From: Fistulifera solaris
Taxonomy: Eukaryota
Length of the DNA: 64,000 nucleotides
Direction of reading: 5' to 3'
Assembly (NCBI GenBank): GCA_030295235.1
Contig: AP026123.1
Coordinates: 2,170,001-2,234,000, forward strand
Below are positions 49,501 to 62,699 of the stretch, piece by piece (positions within the stretch are counted from its first letter, which is position 1; each line of letters begins with the position of its first letter). The notes beneath the pieces are model-generated. The model was given only the letters and a program-made list of their open reading frames with translations, was not told the origin of the DNA and ran no database searches. The translations under genes and the position numbers were made by a program.

Positions 49501-50174
49501 CAGGTGTGCCGAATACACAGTTAGCCGTTGAAAACCCCCAGCTCGCCAAGTTTTACAAGGACAAGAGTCTCGCGGAACAGAACTCGGTCGACTTGTCGTG
49601 GGAGTTGCTTCAAGACAGTAACTTCAACGATTTGAGACTCGCCATCTGCCCCACTGAATACGACCGAATCAGGTTCCGCCAGCTGGTTGTAAACTCTGTC
49701 ATGGCGACGGACATCATGGACAAGGATTTGAAGAATCTTCGAAACAAACGCTGGGAGAAGGCCTTTGCTGGGCAGAACCACGAGGAGTCGGTAAATGACG
49801 CTGTCGATCGTAAGGCCACTATTGTCATCGAGCACTTGATTCAAGCATCTGACGTCTCGCACACGATGCAGCACTGGCATATTTACACAAAATGGAACCA
49901 GCGACTATTCGAGGAGATGTACAGCGCTTACATCCAAGGTCGATCTGCAAATGATCCCTCTGAGAACTGGTATAAAGGAGAGATCGGATTCTTCGATTTT
50001 TACATCATTCCTTTGGCAAAGAAGCTGCGCGAGTGCGGTGTGTTCGGGGTTTCAAGTGATGAATACTTGAACTATGCCGAGAAAAATCGTCAGGAATGGG
50101 AAGCCCGAGGCATGGAAGTTGTTGCGAACATGATTGAAACGGCGCACAAGAAGTTCGGCACAAAGTCCGGCTAA
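46553..50174 (+). CDS. Receptor-type cyclase-phosphodiesterase fusion, copy 3
   Basis: Same architecture; cyclase and PDE lie in one open frame (48368-50174), which shows the fusion directly. Small indels near 47505-47550. Confidence 0.93.
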
Positions 50175-50610
50175 AGATCTTCGATCATCGATCACAGCAT
50201 TATAAAGAGAATTGTTAGCTTGTTTACAAAATAAACGGTATCTTTGCTGTTCCTTTCGATGTAATTTTTGAAATAATGATGATGACCAAGTAGAACACGA
50301 TTGTTGCATTGAGTGCTTATTGCTTCTGCTTTAATTTTGGCATCGATGAGCTTAGCAAATACGTCGGATCGGTATTTTTACGGTTTTCGTCGTCATACCC
50401 TGCGTCCGTCCGGCGTGTGTGTGTGTCGTCATTCGTCATATTCAAGCTCTGATTTTTTTTAGAGCGTATCGCGGCGCAGCTTCAACCGAGGTTCAAATAT
50501 CCATTATCGTTTACTATTGTAATTGCGCACTTCATTCAAGCGCTGATAATTGTCCTTAGCCGTGCTATTCTATCTTTTCTCAGCAATAAACTCTTCACTC
50601 CAGTCACATC

Positions 50611-51400
50611 ATGTCACCGATCTTGTCTCTGCTAGTACTGTTGTTAGTCACTTCCACTTCGGCCTTCACGATGACTCCTCCTTCAACAAGAGGATCGTCG
50701 ACGGCACTTACGGCCTACAACAAAGTCTTTGTCGCCGGCGGATCTCGCGGGGTCGGTCGTTGCCTTGTCGATCAGCTGATTGCCTCCGGTCGTCAAGTCG
50801 TAGCTTTGGTGCGCAAAGAAGAAGACGCCGGACTCCTCAATGCCCTCGAAGGATGCACGGCCATTGTCGGTGACGCCTTTGACCAAAAAGACGGTCGAAA
50901 ACGCCATGGATGGCTGCGATGCCGCCATTACGACACTTGGTGGCTCGACGGCCGACCAGGGACAGCGTATTGATTACGATGGAAACAACAATGTGATTGA
51001 GAGTGCGGGGATTTTGGGCGTTACGCGTGTCATTTTGGTCACCAGCATCGGTTGTGGCAGTAGCAAGGAAGCGGCTCCTCCCAATGTCTTTGAAGCACTG
51101 AAGCCTGTACTGCTAGCGAAAGAGAAGGCTGAGAACATTTTGATCAAGTATTACACTAACATGAACTGGACGATTGTGCGACCGGGTGGACTGAAAAGCG
51201 AGCCGGCCACGGGCAAGGCTATTTTGACCGAAGATAACACGGCGATTGGTAGCATCCACCGAGAAGACGTAGCAGCATTGGTGATTCAAGCCTTGGATGC
51301 TGCTAATACTGAAAAGAAGATCTTGAGTGCTGTAGATCCTTCGATTACGAGCTCCGTAAGCATGGAGGGCAAAACAGTCGAAGAGTTTGCTCTAGCTTAA
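50611..51400 (+). CDS. Plastid-targeted NAD(P)-binding Rossmann protein (NAD_binding_10/TIC62-like atypical SDR)
   Basis: Signal peptide plus TSAFTM; KVFVAGGSRGVG, ILVTSIG, WTIVRPGGL, IHREDVA. Frameshift near 50889. Confidence 0.88.
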
Positions 51401-51512
51401 AGTTAAAAGCAGGAGTTTGATTTCGACTTGTAAAAGCATAAATTCCTTAATACATCTCTCTATTGTTTAACTACTATTGGTTGGGGTAAAAGATTTTGAA
51501 AATTCATGACAT

Positions 51513-52118
51513 TTACTTGTCGTTCGCCAGACTGGAAGTCTCCCCCTTGCTTTCTTCCGTTTCATGCTGCTGCTGCAAAAGCTGCTCAAACTTTTCTTTT
51601 CCCAAGAAATCCTCTAAATCAACTTCCAGCACACTTTCAAACTCCGCATTATTTCCACCACTCTGCTCTTGCACTACTTTTTGTATATCCCAATTGTCAT
51701 CAAAATACCCCAACCGATCGGCAATCAAATGTTGACGCGAACATCCCGGACATCGTACAATGACCACTCCTTGCATATACGCCCGTTCGGTGAATTGTTT
51801 GATGCTACGGGTCTCACAAACTCCGCATGTGTACACAATCGCCAGCTGTTTCCCACTCCCTCGTAATACGGTTCCAGGAATTTGTGACTTTGTCGGTTGT
51901 TTCGTCGTCGTTTCATTCAAATCTTTGTCACTGCTCGCAGACAGATATCGTCTTCCGTCAAAGCATGAACACGCGGCATGTCTTGTATGAGGGTGTTCGT
52001 AACGATTGTGCATGACGGAAACTACGGGACGGAAGACGCGGGCTGATGCACCTCTTTGATTGAGGCAACGCGAAGCCAGAATTCGTATTCCTATTGCCGC
52101 GGTTCCGGATAGACTCAT
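51513..52118 (-). CDS. DNLZ: DNL-type zinc finger Hsp70 escort protein (Zim17/Hep1)
   Basis: YTCGVCETR...GVVIVRCPGC...HLIADRLGYF; Arg-rich mitochondrial-type presequence. Confidence 0.9.
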   Translation of the reverse strand: MSLSGTAAIGIRILASRCLNQRGASARVFRPVVSVMHNRYEHPHTRHAACSCFDGRRYLSASSDKDLNETTTKQPTKSQIPGTVLRGSGKQLAIVYTCGVCETRSIKQFTERAYMQGVVIVRCPGCSRQHLIADRLGYFDDNWDIQKVVQEQSGGNNAEFESVLEVDLEDFLGKEKFEQLLQQQHETEESKGETSSLANDK

Positions 52119-52521
52119 GATTGAAGCTCTGGGAGGGACACAAACAATTATGGCTAATCGAAATGGTTATTGTTGTCAGTCGTAGAGAGGGCTAATTATA
52201 ATCGTTCTGTTTTCCTCATTATTTTTCGAGCTTTTCTCCGCCGCATTTTGATGGAGTTGCAATCAGTACCGCACGACATTTATTCATTCTGCAGTTAGGA
52301 GACTGACTTGGCTGACGTAGGTACGTGACTCACTATAAGTCCGGGACTCAGTTGAGAACAGTAGGCGAAGGCCAGACCTCGAGGACGATCTACCATGAAA
52401 TTTTTCTGCGCGGATTTCGGTTTGCGTTTTCTCGCCCACCATGACGCAAACTTTGTGTTTCTGCTTGCTGTTCGTTTATGTATGTAAATAAAAGGCTGTA
52501 CTTAGAGGATAGAGAGGAAAA

Positions 52522-54716
52522 ATGTGGAACCTGCCCGCGCTTTCAAGATTTCAAAAGTTTTTACGGCTCTTACAAACTCGTTCGTGCTCGACGACGCTGC
52601 ACGTTGAAACACAACGTTATCTTTGGCAAACGCTGCTCGTCTCGACTCGACAGCCTCTGGTTTTGGAAAGAAATGACTGGTTGCAACATTTTGAAACGCT
52701 GGGGAAATCAACTGTTGAGAATATTGTAATAGAAACCGATGATAGTGAACAAGTCAGGCGAGTATCCGACATAGACGAAACACATTACATTGCTTCTCAT
52801 TCTTCTTCGAGTCAACCCACACAACGGTGGGACGAATCGAGAGAAGTGAGGACCATCAAACCCCTACCAGGGAAACCGCGTGATATGTCGAAGGCAGCCC
52901 AGTTCCTCAAACAATCAGTATCTTCTGAAATGACGACTACGACTTCCGTCGTGCAGAGCAGCGTGCCTGCTTCTGCTAGTCGACTCGGTGCTATGCTTTC
53001 CTTGTCCCTTTCTACTACACAAACCGAACAACAGCGAGCGCACAGTTTACAACGGGAAATGGACGAATTGCTAAAACAGAAAAATCCCGATCGAGCGTGG
53101 CCCTTGTTTCAGAAGGCCGTGGAAGAAGATCTCGTCATGCACTTTTCGCCAAAAGTAGTCCGTGAACTCTTCTTCAAAGTTTTCCGAAATCCGATTGCGG
53201 GGTATCACGTCTTACAAGCGTACCGCACCATGACGGCGAAGGATTACGGTAACGATATTACTGCGTATGCCGATATGTATCGACAATTGTGCGAGTCAAT
53301 TCAATACCTAAACCACCACAATTGCACGACGCGAGATCGTAATGTTGTAGTGGGAAGTCTCGTCCAAGAGTTGCAGCAAATGGATCGGGCGGGAAAAGAA
53401 TTGTGTATTCCCGTGCTGGTGTCGTCTCTTATGACACAGAAATTCGTTGCGTTGGGGGACTTGGCGGGGAAACTCTATCAGTATATGCGCAGGGAAGAAT
53501 TTCAAGTTGCTCCTGGTTATTGGGGCCATTTGTTGGCGACATCGAAGTACAATCGTCGATCAGAACTGCCTTACGATGAAATTTTTCTGGAGTCGGTGAA
53601 AGTGGGTCGAAGACCAACTGCGAATGTTGTGATGAATGCTCTGCAAAACTACTTTCCTTATACTGATGATATTGCTGCCGTCCAGCGGATTGTACAGGGA
53701 GTAGCCTTGTTGCAGCAGTCGTCTACGGTACCCGGCGTAGAGTATCCAGTAGATATGGCGATGCTGGAAGCCCTTTCGACATCAGCTGCCCAGACTGGAA
53801 TGAGTGACTTGATTATGCCGATCTGGGATATAATAACCATTCTTGGACTGGAGCCATCTGTTGCAATTTACGAAAATACGATCGTGACCTTTTGCGCCCG
53901 ACCGGCAATGTACAAACAGGCATTTATCGTTTTGGATGAGATGCAACAAAAGGGTCACATTGTCTCCAGAGCGCTTTTAAGGAGCATGTCCGCGCAGCTG
54001 AGGTAAGAATTGAGGTTACTGACTTACTTTTTGGCCTGTTCTATGAGTGTGCATGCTCTAATGCTATGTTGCTCTCTGTAGGAGTTCTCCGCGAAATATC
54101 GATATCGCCTTAAATGAATTGAACATACTTGAAGTAGAGGGCTGTCCCACGTCACAGGCTGCCATAAATGCGGTTCTATCAGCTGCTGCTGAGAGAGGAG
54201 ACTTAGATGCAACATTGTCTATCGCGGAAGAGGTCATTCCGCGATTTAATTCTACAGATGGACAGTGACAGCTTTAGCTTTGCGATGGAGGCCGTTGGTA
54301 AACATCTTAGTCGAAGGACTCAGGCTGGAACTAGCGAAGAGATTATTCAAAAAGTTCTGACTGCCGCAGACACAATCCTTTCTGATATGGAACGTCAAGG
54401 AATTCCTCCGACACAATATATTCTTCGCGACTACGTTGAAATGCTATGTTGCGCAAAGGAGGTCGATACGGCCACGACGGTAGTCAGAGAACTCGCCCAA
54501 AGTGCTGAAAAGGGACTCTTGAACAGCAAGATTATTTATTGCGTGGCCATTGCGAATGTCAAGCTAGGGAACTTTGAGGTAGCAGAGGAGATTGCAAATG
54601 CTAGCCCTGAACCGATGCCTTTGATTCGCTCGGCCATCAAAAAGAAATTGAGATCACGTGGCATGGGAAACTTTTCATTGGATTTTACGAGCACAGGTCA
54701 AGAAGTTGAAACATGA
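52522..54716 (+). CDS. PPR-like helical-repeat protein (probably organellar)
   Basis: PPR-like segments (LGLEPSVAIYENTI, VLDEMQQKG, MERQGIPPT). Intron near 54003-54081; frameshift near 54230. Confidence 0.65.
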
Positions 54717-55883
54717 TGCAAGCTTGGTGTTAGGTTGATCAAAGAAACAGGAATCAAGCGACGCTTGAAAAGATGAAGACGAAGAGGCATGTATTTGGAT
54801 ACCAAAGGGTCCGTTGTGGTCCTGGCTCCGTTGTGTGTTTCTATCATTGGTACGCTTGCAGACCGCTTCGAAGGGAGAATGTAGAATGTACAAGTATTTT
54901 CATGGAGCGGGGCGCAAGCAAACTTATTAAGTACTATAGAGCTAGACGGTCGCTTAAACATGTGTTATCATTCAAAACTCCGTCTTTTCTCCTGCGCTCA
55001 TGGACAGTTTGTCGAATTGAAAAAAGCTGTAGCAACACGCCTGGACGGAGCTATAAATCGAGTAGCGTCTTTAGTCTCTAAAGGACAACAAAACGCCTTC
55101 GTAACTGACCTTGGCGAATTTTGTAAGCAATATGACAGAATAAAGTGTTGCATTTCAACGACTGATTTGTTTTAAGGCGCATTATGTTGTCATTCATCCA
55201 GGTGCTATAGTATAGAAGTTACGGGTAGGGCCTCTAGCTAGAGGTAGCGAGGCAGCAATCTGCCCCTAGTTTTTCCGCTCTCGAAATAATGGTCAAAGGA
55301 GTCACGTTCAGTGTGTAGAATTCGTCTTCATCAAGAGCTACAGTGGAAGCATTACTGTTCTCTAGAATGTAGAACTGGCCTCTTCTCCCTTGTTCTTTTC
55401 TCCTTTCTACGTCAGGTTTTCCTGTCGCACTGGCATGGTTGTCAGTTGTCAATGTACTTTCTTTTTAAACAGTGGGGGAGAAGCTTTCTGGATTTCGAGG
55501 ATTTGAGTACTTTTTGAGCTTATACCGAGGTGCCAAGATGGCCCCCTCCTTGTCCATGGACGAAACGAGAAACGAAGGCTTTTCGCCTTCTTCCTGAAAT
55601 TTCTTGACACGAAAGATCGAAGTGTCGTTGAAAGACCAGCAATTTTCCTCCTTGGACAGAAGTTTCATCATTTGGATTGCGAAACATTCTTCCACCCTCG
55701 AAGATCATACACAAGCCCATCGAGCATATCCTATTCATCGTCAGGACTTACCGCTTGCTCTCGTTATTCATTGAAGGTCAGCGGTGCTCTACGATCATCT
55801 CTTTCTCACTATAAAAACCAATTACCGAACGCCTCGCTAATGCAAGGTTGTCGGCATTCATCCAAGAATATCACTCGGCTACC

Positions 55884-57098
55884 ATGGCTACTCCTCTTCA
55901 CGCAGAACATATCCACTCACTGAAAACAATGACTTCACCATCAATGATCTATTCTTCTTCTCCCGCGCTCATCGGAAACGAAAGAAATAGCTACTACCCT
56001 CTCGGTTCGCCACTTCAATCCCCGCTCGCTGCCCCAGAAAATCCTTCCAGAGACGCGAAACTCGCAATGCAGGAGATTGCTAAAGAGGCTCTCCGCTTGA
56101 CAAAGCAAACGCTTGCTCAGGATTGTGCCAAACTCGATAAAGGTGCGTATTTCGACCATTTTTCGCCATGGTGAAGAACACGGGAAAGAAAGTTGAATGA
56201 GAATTATTGGTTGGGTCACGAGTTGTCTGTGGTGGGGACATTCGCGATGGGAGCGCGGCGAAAAAGTGTACATACCGGTTGAAGGACGAACGTTTCTGTT
56301 CTATGTATGCTTCTTATCTTCGATGGTTCCAGCCTTCTCACACAATCATACACTACCTTCTTTCAGACTTATGTCTTCCACCTCCGAGCAAAGCACCGAT
56401 CCAACAAAGCACCTCCTCGGGATCCGCTTCCCGTCTCAACAAATTCGTTCGCCGCCTCCACGACATGCTTTTTGGCGGAAAAAGGTTCCGGCATCGTAGA
56501 ATGGCGTCGCGGGTTACTCGTCCTTCACAGCACGGACTTGTTTGCTAAAAATATTCTCCCGCAGTATTTCAACACAAGAAATTTCAAGACCTTTCGTCGT
56601 CAGCTCAACTATTATGGATTCGTTCACGTCCGTTCTTTCAGTACCACTGGAACAGCTACGACAGCATTGTGGGTGAACCGGGATCTGGCACAGATCGCTT
56701 CGGATGAAATTTCTTCTGTTCTTCTTCTCCGTCGCGTGGAACCTTGTGAATCTGCAAAAACATCGGAAGGTCGCCGTGAACGTAAAGAACTTGCTATTCA
56801 CACTGTGGAGGAAGACTTGGGCGTCTCTGCTAAAACTCTTCAGAAAGAGCAGATTCGTACCTTGGTGGAGCGCGGATGTGCAGATGAGTCATTCGATAGC
56901 ATTACTGTGCCTCCGGTTCTACGCTTTCCGGATCTAAAAAGTACTTCCTGCCCTCGTCGTGTGAGCTCCACTAGTTCGTCTTCCCATCCAGTTTCTAACG
57001 ACGAAGGTGACAAGGGCGTGACATGCATTGATTCATCTTCGGACGAGGAAGGCGCTGCTACGTTATTACTCAGGCTATCGAAAGTTGGTCGTTACTAA
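55884..57098 (+). CDS. Heat shock transcription factor (HSF DNA-binding domain), with 1 intron
   Basis: KFVRRLHDM...IVEW...FAKNILPQYFNTRNFKTFRRQLNYYGF. A GT-AG intron at 56143-56366 joins the upstream ORF in frame; frameshift in a T-run near 56470. Confidence 0.85.
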
Positions 57099-57375
57099 GA
57101 CTATGGGGAATCAACGCTGTGATTCTCTGCTCTTGCGCACTAAATAGTTGCTCTGTCTTGTGCTTTCAGTGTCCATAAATTGATCACTCGGAAACATCGA
57201 TCATCAACCACCTTTATATTGTTACATTTCAAATACCAGATATCTTGTTTACTAGTACACGTATTGTATGCTATTTATCTTTTAGCTGTGTTTGTTTTTC
57301 AATAACGTGGCAGTAATAACACGTCTCACAAACCTTGCTCCTGTCTATCTGTGAAGAGGACGACTCGAAATTGTT

Positions 57376-58638
57376 TCAATAATTTTCAATCTTTTCATAC
57401 CAAAACCCGACAGCCAGCATGATGTACGTCGTTATTAACAAAGATCCTTCTAGCCAGTTGCAAGTTGGATTCGACAAAACGATGGAAACTGTGAAAATGG
57501 ACAAAATGTAGAGGGCAATCTCAAAATGCGGAAAATTGAGCGTCATGTCAACTCCAGCGACCCATCCGACGATAACAGTGAGCGGTACAACCAGCAGCGA
57601 TATCTGCGTACTACTACCGAGCGCAATGCCCATCGCCAGGTCCATTTTGTTCTTCATGGCCACAGTGACTGCCGTTATGTGTTCCACAGCATTGCCAACG
57701 ATTGGTATCAACACAATACCAACGAACGTTCGACTGATGCCGCTGGCTTCTGTAAAACCATCGATAGAATCGACTAAAAAATTGGAAAAGAGCGCCACTA
57801 GTAGTGTGGTCACTAATAAGCCAAACACGGCGACTGTCATGGAAATTTTGGCCGATTGTTCGTCTTCTCCTTCCTCGTTTTGAAACATGTTCGTATGCGT
57901 ATGTAGTTGAAAGACCAAAAGTTGTGCGTACATGCAAAGAAGAAAGACAGCAGCTAGTCGACTGACCATGAGTACTTGCTCATCGTGCAACTCATAATAC
58001 TCTGCAAACGGTGTCGGTAAGACGAGAGCGATACTACTAAGTGCTAGTAGACCCATATTCGCCGACGCAGCGGTAGCATTGAAGCTTTGTTCTTGATGCC
58101 GAAGACCGCCAAAGAAAAAACAGGACCCGAGGACGAGAAGTAAATTGGAAAAGATGGAACCAAGCAAGGAGCCTTGTACGACTCGGATCTCCCCCGCCAG
58201 TAACGCATTGATGGCGACAACAACCTCGACGGCATTGCCGAAGGAAGCATTGATTAGCCCGCCGATGGTGTCGTTGGTATGTAAAGCCAACTCTTCGGTG
58301 AAGTCACCCAATATTGACGCTAAAGGTATCATTGTGATAAAATTTAACCAGAACACCCATGTCGCACCCATTCGAAAATAAAACGACAATAACGCAAAGG
58401 GCGCACAGGCGAGACACCAGCTGATCGGGCCTTTCCCAAGCACAGTTTCTCTCAGAACTTGTGCAACAGATGACGGCTCATAACTCACGTCACCGATCGT
58501 CTCCGGCTCTGTGTCATTTACGTGAAAGAAGCTCATGCGCTCGCCCGGAGCCCGTTCAGCATCGTCCTCCGGTCCCACGCTGACGAGGCGCCTCGCCGGT
58601 TGGCGAGAATTAGTAATAATTGGCCGCAAATCTGACAT
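57376..58638 (-). CDS. CAX: Ca2+/H+ exchanger (CAX family), copy 1
   Basis: Alpha-1 GLINASFGNAVE, alpha-2 PIVGNAVEH, GSSTQISL, CNWLEG; many transmembrane segments. Confidence 0.95.
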   Translation of the reverse strand: MSDLRPIITNSRQPARRLVSVGPEDDAERAPGERMSFFHVNDTEPETIGDVSYEPSSVAQVLRETVLGKGPISWCLACAPFALLSFYFRMGATWVFWLNFITMIPLASILGDFTEELALHTNDTIGGLINASFGNAVEVVVAINALLAGEIRVVQGSLLGSIFSNLLLVLGSCFFFGGLRHQEQSFNATAASANMGLLALSSIALVLPTPFAEYYELHDEQVLMVSRLAAVFLLCMYAQLLVFQLHTHTNMFQNEEGEDEQSAKISMTVAVFGLLVTTLLVALFSNFLVDSIDGFTEASGISRTFVGIVLIPIVGNAVEHITAVTVAMKNKMDLAMGIALGSSTQISLLVVPLTVIVGWVAGVDMTLNFPHFEIALYILSIFTVSIVLSNPTCNWLEGSLLITTYIMLAVGFWYEKIENY

Positions 58639-58719
58639 TTCGTAACGCCCAACTAGCAGCTGATTGACAGTCGTTTGAAAGTTTTATTGTTCGGTGAGTT
58701 GCCGTCGTTATTATTATTT

Positions 58720-59159
<440 letters not shown>

Positions 59160-59437
59160 CCGATGAAAAAGTCTTTCGGTTGCTTGTGTCTTGTGTTTTG
59201 GTTTCTGACTGTGACGTCAGCTTTCGCTTGTTAAAGGAGCAGAAAGTACGCAAGACTGAATTCATTATACTTAAAACCGTATACTCCACAAACATTAGTG
59301 ATTGAAACTAGGTGATGAGTGGTGCAGTGGTGAGACAAGACATTCAAATTTTAAAATACTTTAACGTAAAATCTATTCAAGAGCTCAACTCTCATAAAGC
59401 AAAGTGTTTTAACTTCCAAGGCATGTACATCATGCGT

Positions 59438-60833
59438 CTAATAGTTTTTGATTTTCTCAAACCAGAACCCAACGGCTATCATGAAGTACGTCGTAATTAA
59501 AAGCGAGCCTTCGAGCCAGTTGCAGGTCGGATTGGACAAGACGATGGAGACGGTCAGAATCGACAAGACGTACATGATAATTTCAAAGTGGGGGAAGTTC
59601 AACGTCATGTCCACCCCGACGATCCATCCGACGAGAACCGTCAGTGGGACCACCAAGAGGGAAATCTGTGTGCTACTCCCCAACGCAATACCCATCGCCA
59701 AATCCATCTTGTCCTTCATGGCCACAGTAACTGCCGTGACGTGTTCCACAGCATTCCCGACAATCGGCAACAAGATAATACCCACAAACGTTCGACTGAT
59801 ACCACTGGCTTCCGTAAAACCATCGATCGATTCGACCAAGAAATCGGAAAAGAACGCCACCAACAGAGTGGTAGTCAAGAGGCCCGCAAGAGCCACTGGC
59901 ATGGAAATTCTTGTAAACGGCGCATCATCTCCATCATTCTCGAAAATATCCGCATGCGTGTGCAATTGAAACACCAAGAGCTGTGCGTACATGAACAAAA
60001 GAAAGATTGCTGCTAGACGACTGATGAGCAGGACTTCGGAATCGTGTAGATTGTAGTACTGTGCAAACGGCGTCGGCAGGGCGAGTGCAATACTACTCAG
60101 AGCCAGTAGACCCATATTGGCCGTCGCAGAAGTAGCATTGAACTTTTGTTCTTTATGTTTGAGACCGCCGAAGAAAAAGCAGCACCCCAGCACGAGGAGT
60201 AAGTTGGAAAAGATAGAGCCTAGCAAGGAACCTTGCACGACGCGAATCTCTCCTGCGAGCAGGGCATTGATGGCGACGACAACTTCCACAGCATTTCCGA
60301 ACGACGCATTGATGAGACCACCAATGGTTTCGTTCGTATGAAGAGCCAATTCTTCGGTAAAGTCTCCCAATATAGAGGCAAATGGAATCAGTGTCATGAA
60401 ATTCAACCAAAAGACCCAGGTGGCGCCCCAATGGAAGTACACCGACACTAGAGCCAAGGGCGCGCACGCCAAACACCAGCTGATCACTCCTTTGCCTAAC
60501 ACAATTTCGATCAAAGCCTCGAGTACCGTTGGTTGCTCCATAGGTTTCGAAGTATCATCTTTCTCCGTGCCCCGAAACAGATCTCGAGAATCTTGGATCA
60601 GCGGTGCATGCTCGCCATCTTTCCGAGCGCTCTTCGTGTGACGCGTCTGCTGTCGCTCCAGTCGACGCAACTTTTGTACCTTTTGACGGCTTGAAAAAGT
60701 TCATCTTGTCATGCGGACTGGAATCGACACCAGCATCGTCTCCTTTGTCCGAAGATTCACTAAACGTGACGACACGGTCCGGTGTACCGTTGTTCTGCTG
60801 ATACGAGTCGATGGGTTGCCAATTTGACGACAT
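59438..60833 (-). CDS. CAX: Ca2+/H+ exchanger (CAX family), copy 2
   Basis: Same motifs as copy 1. The N-terminus MSSNWQPID (ATG 60833) is linked through a frameshift near 60665. Confidence 0.92.
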
Positions 60834-61216
60834 GACGTTCGTGGATATCGTTTTATAGTGAATAACTGACAATTTATATAACTTGCACTACAACAAGAAT
60901 GCTGTATAAGAAAGAAGATCTTCAATCGAAACACTCTTTTTTACGCTTGCACGCCATTTCTTTTTTGTCATCGGCGTGTCACTCGTTTTTTTGGTGACGT
61001 GAAGATATCCGGCTCGATCGAGTACCGGTCCGATTAATCCTCGAAAATTTCGGGCGGCTCACGGACGGACCGTCGTCTCGAATAACGACGAAACGACGAC
61101 ATATAAACGACGCACATCGCACGCTTCATCTTGTTGCTTCTAAAGTCAAAACGAAGAAGAAGACGTCTCTATTTGAAAGCAATAACCGCATCTTGAAGGA
61201 AAAGCGTTATTTAATT

Positions 61217-61735
61217 ATGGTGTTTTATGAGTGCGTAGTAACGGCGAAAAATACAGCTCGTACGTTGCATCATCGTTCGTCGTTCTCGTCGGGCCGGCAC
61301 CCTTCCATTCTGACAATCCGTTCTTTATATTGTTTAGACTTTCATACATTAACCAATCTCGTCAAGCTGGTTTCGCACGAGATTGTAGAAGGAGGCGGTA
61401 TTGTTCGGGCCGTACACAATCACGGGATTCGAACCTTGCCGCATCGTTTCAAGGCCACCTATCCGGATCGAGAGGGCAACCGCTACTATTCTAAGGGGCG
61501 ATTCTTTTCCATCTATTACGATGCGAATCCGGATACGATGAGTCAAGTGGATACGATACTGAAAATGGATGAAGAGGTGCTGCGTAGCACGCATTTGCGG
61601 GCGCGGAGTACGCTGGATTTTATCAATCTGCGCGAAGACCGCAATCCGTATATTCAACAAGTACTGCGCGAGGAGGAAAAGGCAGCTGACAAAGAAAGCA
61701 ATAAAAACACGGAGCAAAATATCGAGGGAGTATAA
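61217..61735 (+). CDS. MRPS6: Mitochondrial ribosomal protein bS6m, with 1 intron
   Basis: MVFYECV...GGGIVRAVHNHGIRTLPHRF...GRFFSIYYDANP...DEEVLR; intron at 61260-61337. Confidence 0.8.
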   Translation: MVFYECVVTAKNTARTLHHRSSFSSGRHPSILTIRSLYCLDFHTLTNLVKLVSHEIVEGGGIVRAVHNHGIRTLPHRFKATYPDREGNRYYSKGRFFSIYYDANPDTMSQVDTILKMDEEVLRSTHLRARSTLDFINLREDRNPYIQQVLREEEKAADKESNKNTEQNIEGV

Positions 61736-61916
61736 TTAGTAAACTATGAGTTATAGTTGTACATGTTCAGATAATATAACGAACCTTTTACAACTCTATC
61801 GAGTCAATGAGACAATTTGAGTTCACAACTGAAAGATATCAGCCCATTGTATGGGTCACAATGATATAAGTCGTTTTTGGTTCGTTAAAATGTAAAAGCT
61901 TTTTGTTAAGGAATAA

Positions 61917-62699
61917 TTATACTAACAGGACGGCATTTACACAACCGTCGAGCTCGGGATTGTTTGTGACCTGCGCCATTTTACCCCATGCAACTTTACC
62001 CGATGTTGTCACAAGACCTAATTCGCTCACATTTACCTCTAAAATAGTTCCCTTGGTCAGTACACCCAAATTCGTGTACAAGGCAGACGACGGGTTCTTC
62101 TTGACGCCCAAAATATCCAATTGAAAGGTTGTTTTCAGTTCCGGATGCGTGACGTTCGCCTTCTTCATTCGCAGTCCACTGGGCCGAATGAATCGTTCGT
62201 ATTTCGGGTTCTTTCGAGTAAACGAGTCACCGACGAATGTGCACTTGGTCACCATACGCTTCCAAGCTTTATTTCGCTTCTTACCCGTTCGTAACGTCTT
62301 GAACATTTCATCGTCGGCCACCGGTTTGACTTTTGGGGATGGGGACCTCCCATTTACCGGCCTTTTCTTTGCGTTTCTGTTTGATGGTATTCGACAACAC
62401 CTTGGCGCGACTCACTCCCTGTCGATCGAGCAAGTACGCCGGGACGGCACCTTCCGCCACAGCGTCATCGTCGGCGTGCTTGTTGTTGCGTTGATTGTGC
62501 TGCGCGATCGTTTTGCGTAACGTAGCCTTTTCTTTAAAACGGCGTTTCTGATATAATTTGGCTCGAATACCGTGTACTTTCTGGGCGAATTCGGATCGTT
62601 TGTGAGCCAGACGTGCTTCTTTTTGCGCTCTTTTTCTTCCGCATCGAACCGCCGTCCATGCAGCTTCGCATGCCGTTCCATATGTTCGTGTTGCGGCAT
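61917..62699 (-). CDS. NSA2: Ribosome biogenesis protein NSA2
   Basis: [10 protein letters not shown]...HGRRFD at the start; [14 protein letters not shown]...[11 protein letters not shown]...[16 protein letters not shown] at the end. Several frameshifts in between. Confidence 0.93.

Noticed and set aside
55234..55740. Possible small minus-strand gene
   Set aside because: The ORF pieces could not be joined into a supported model.
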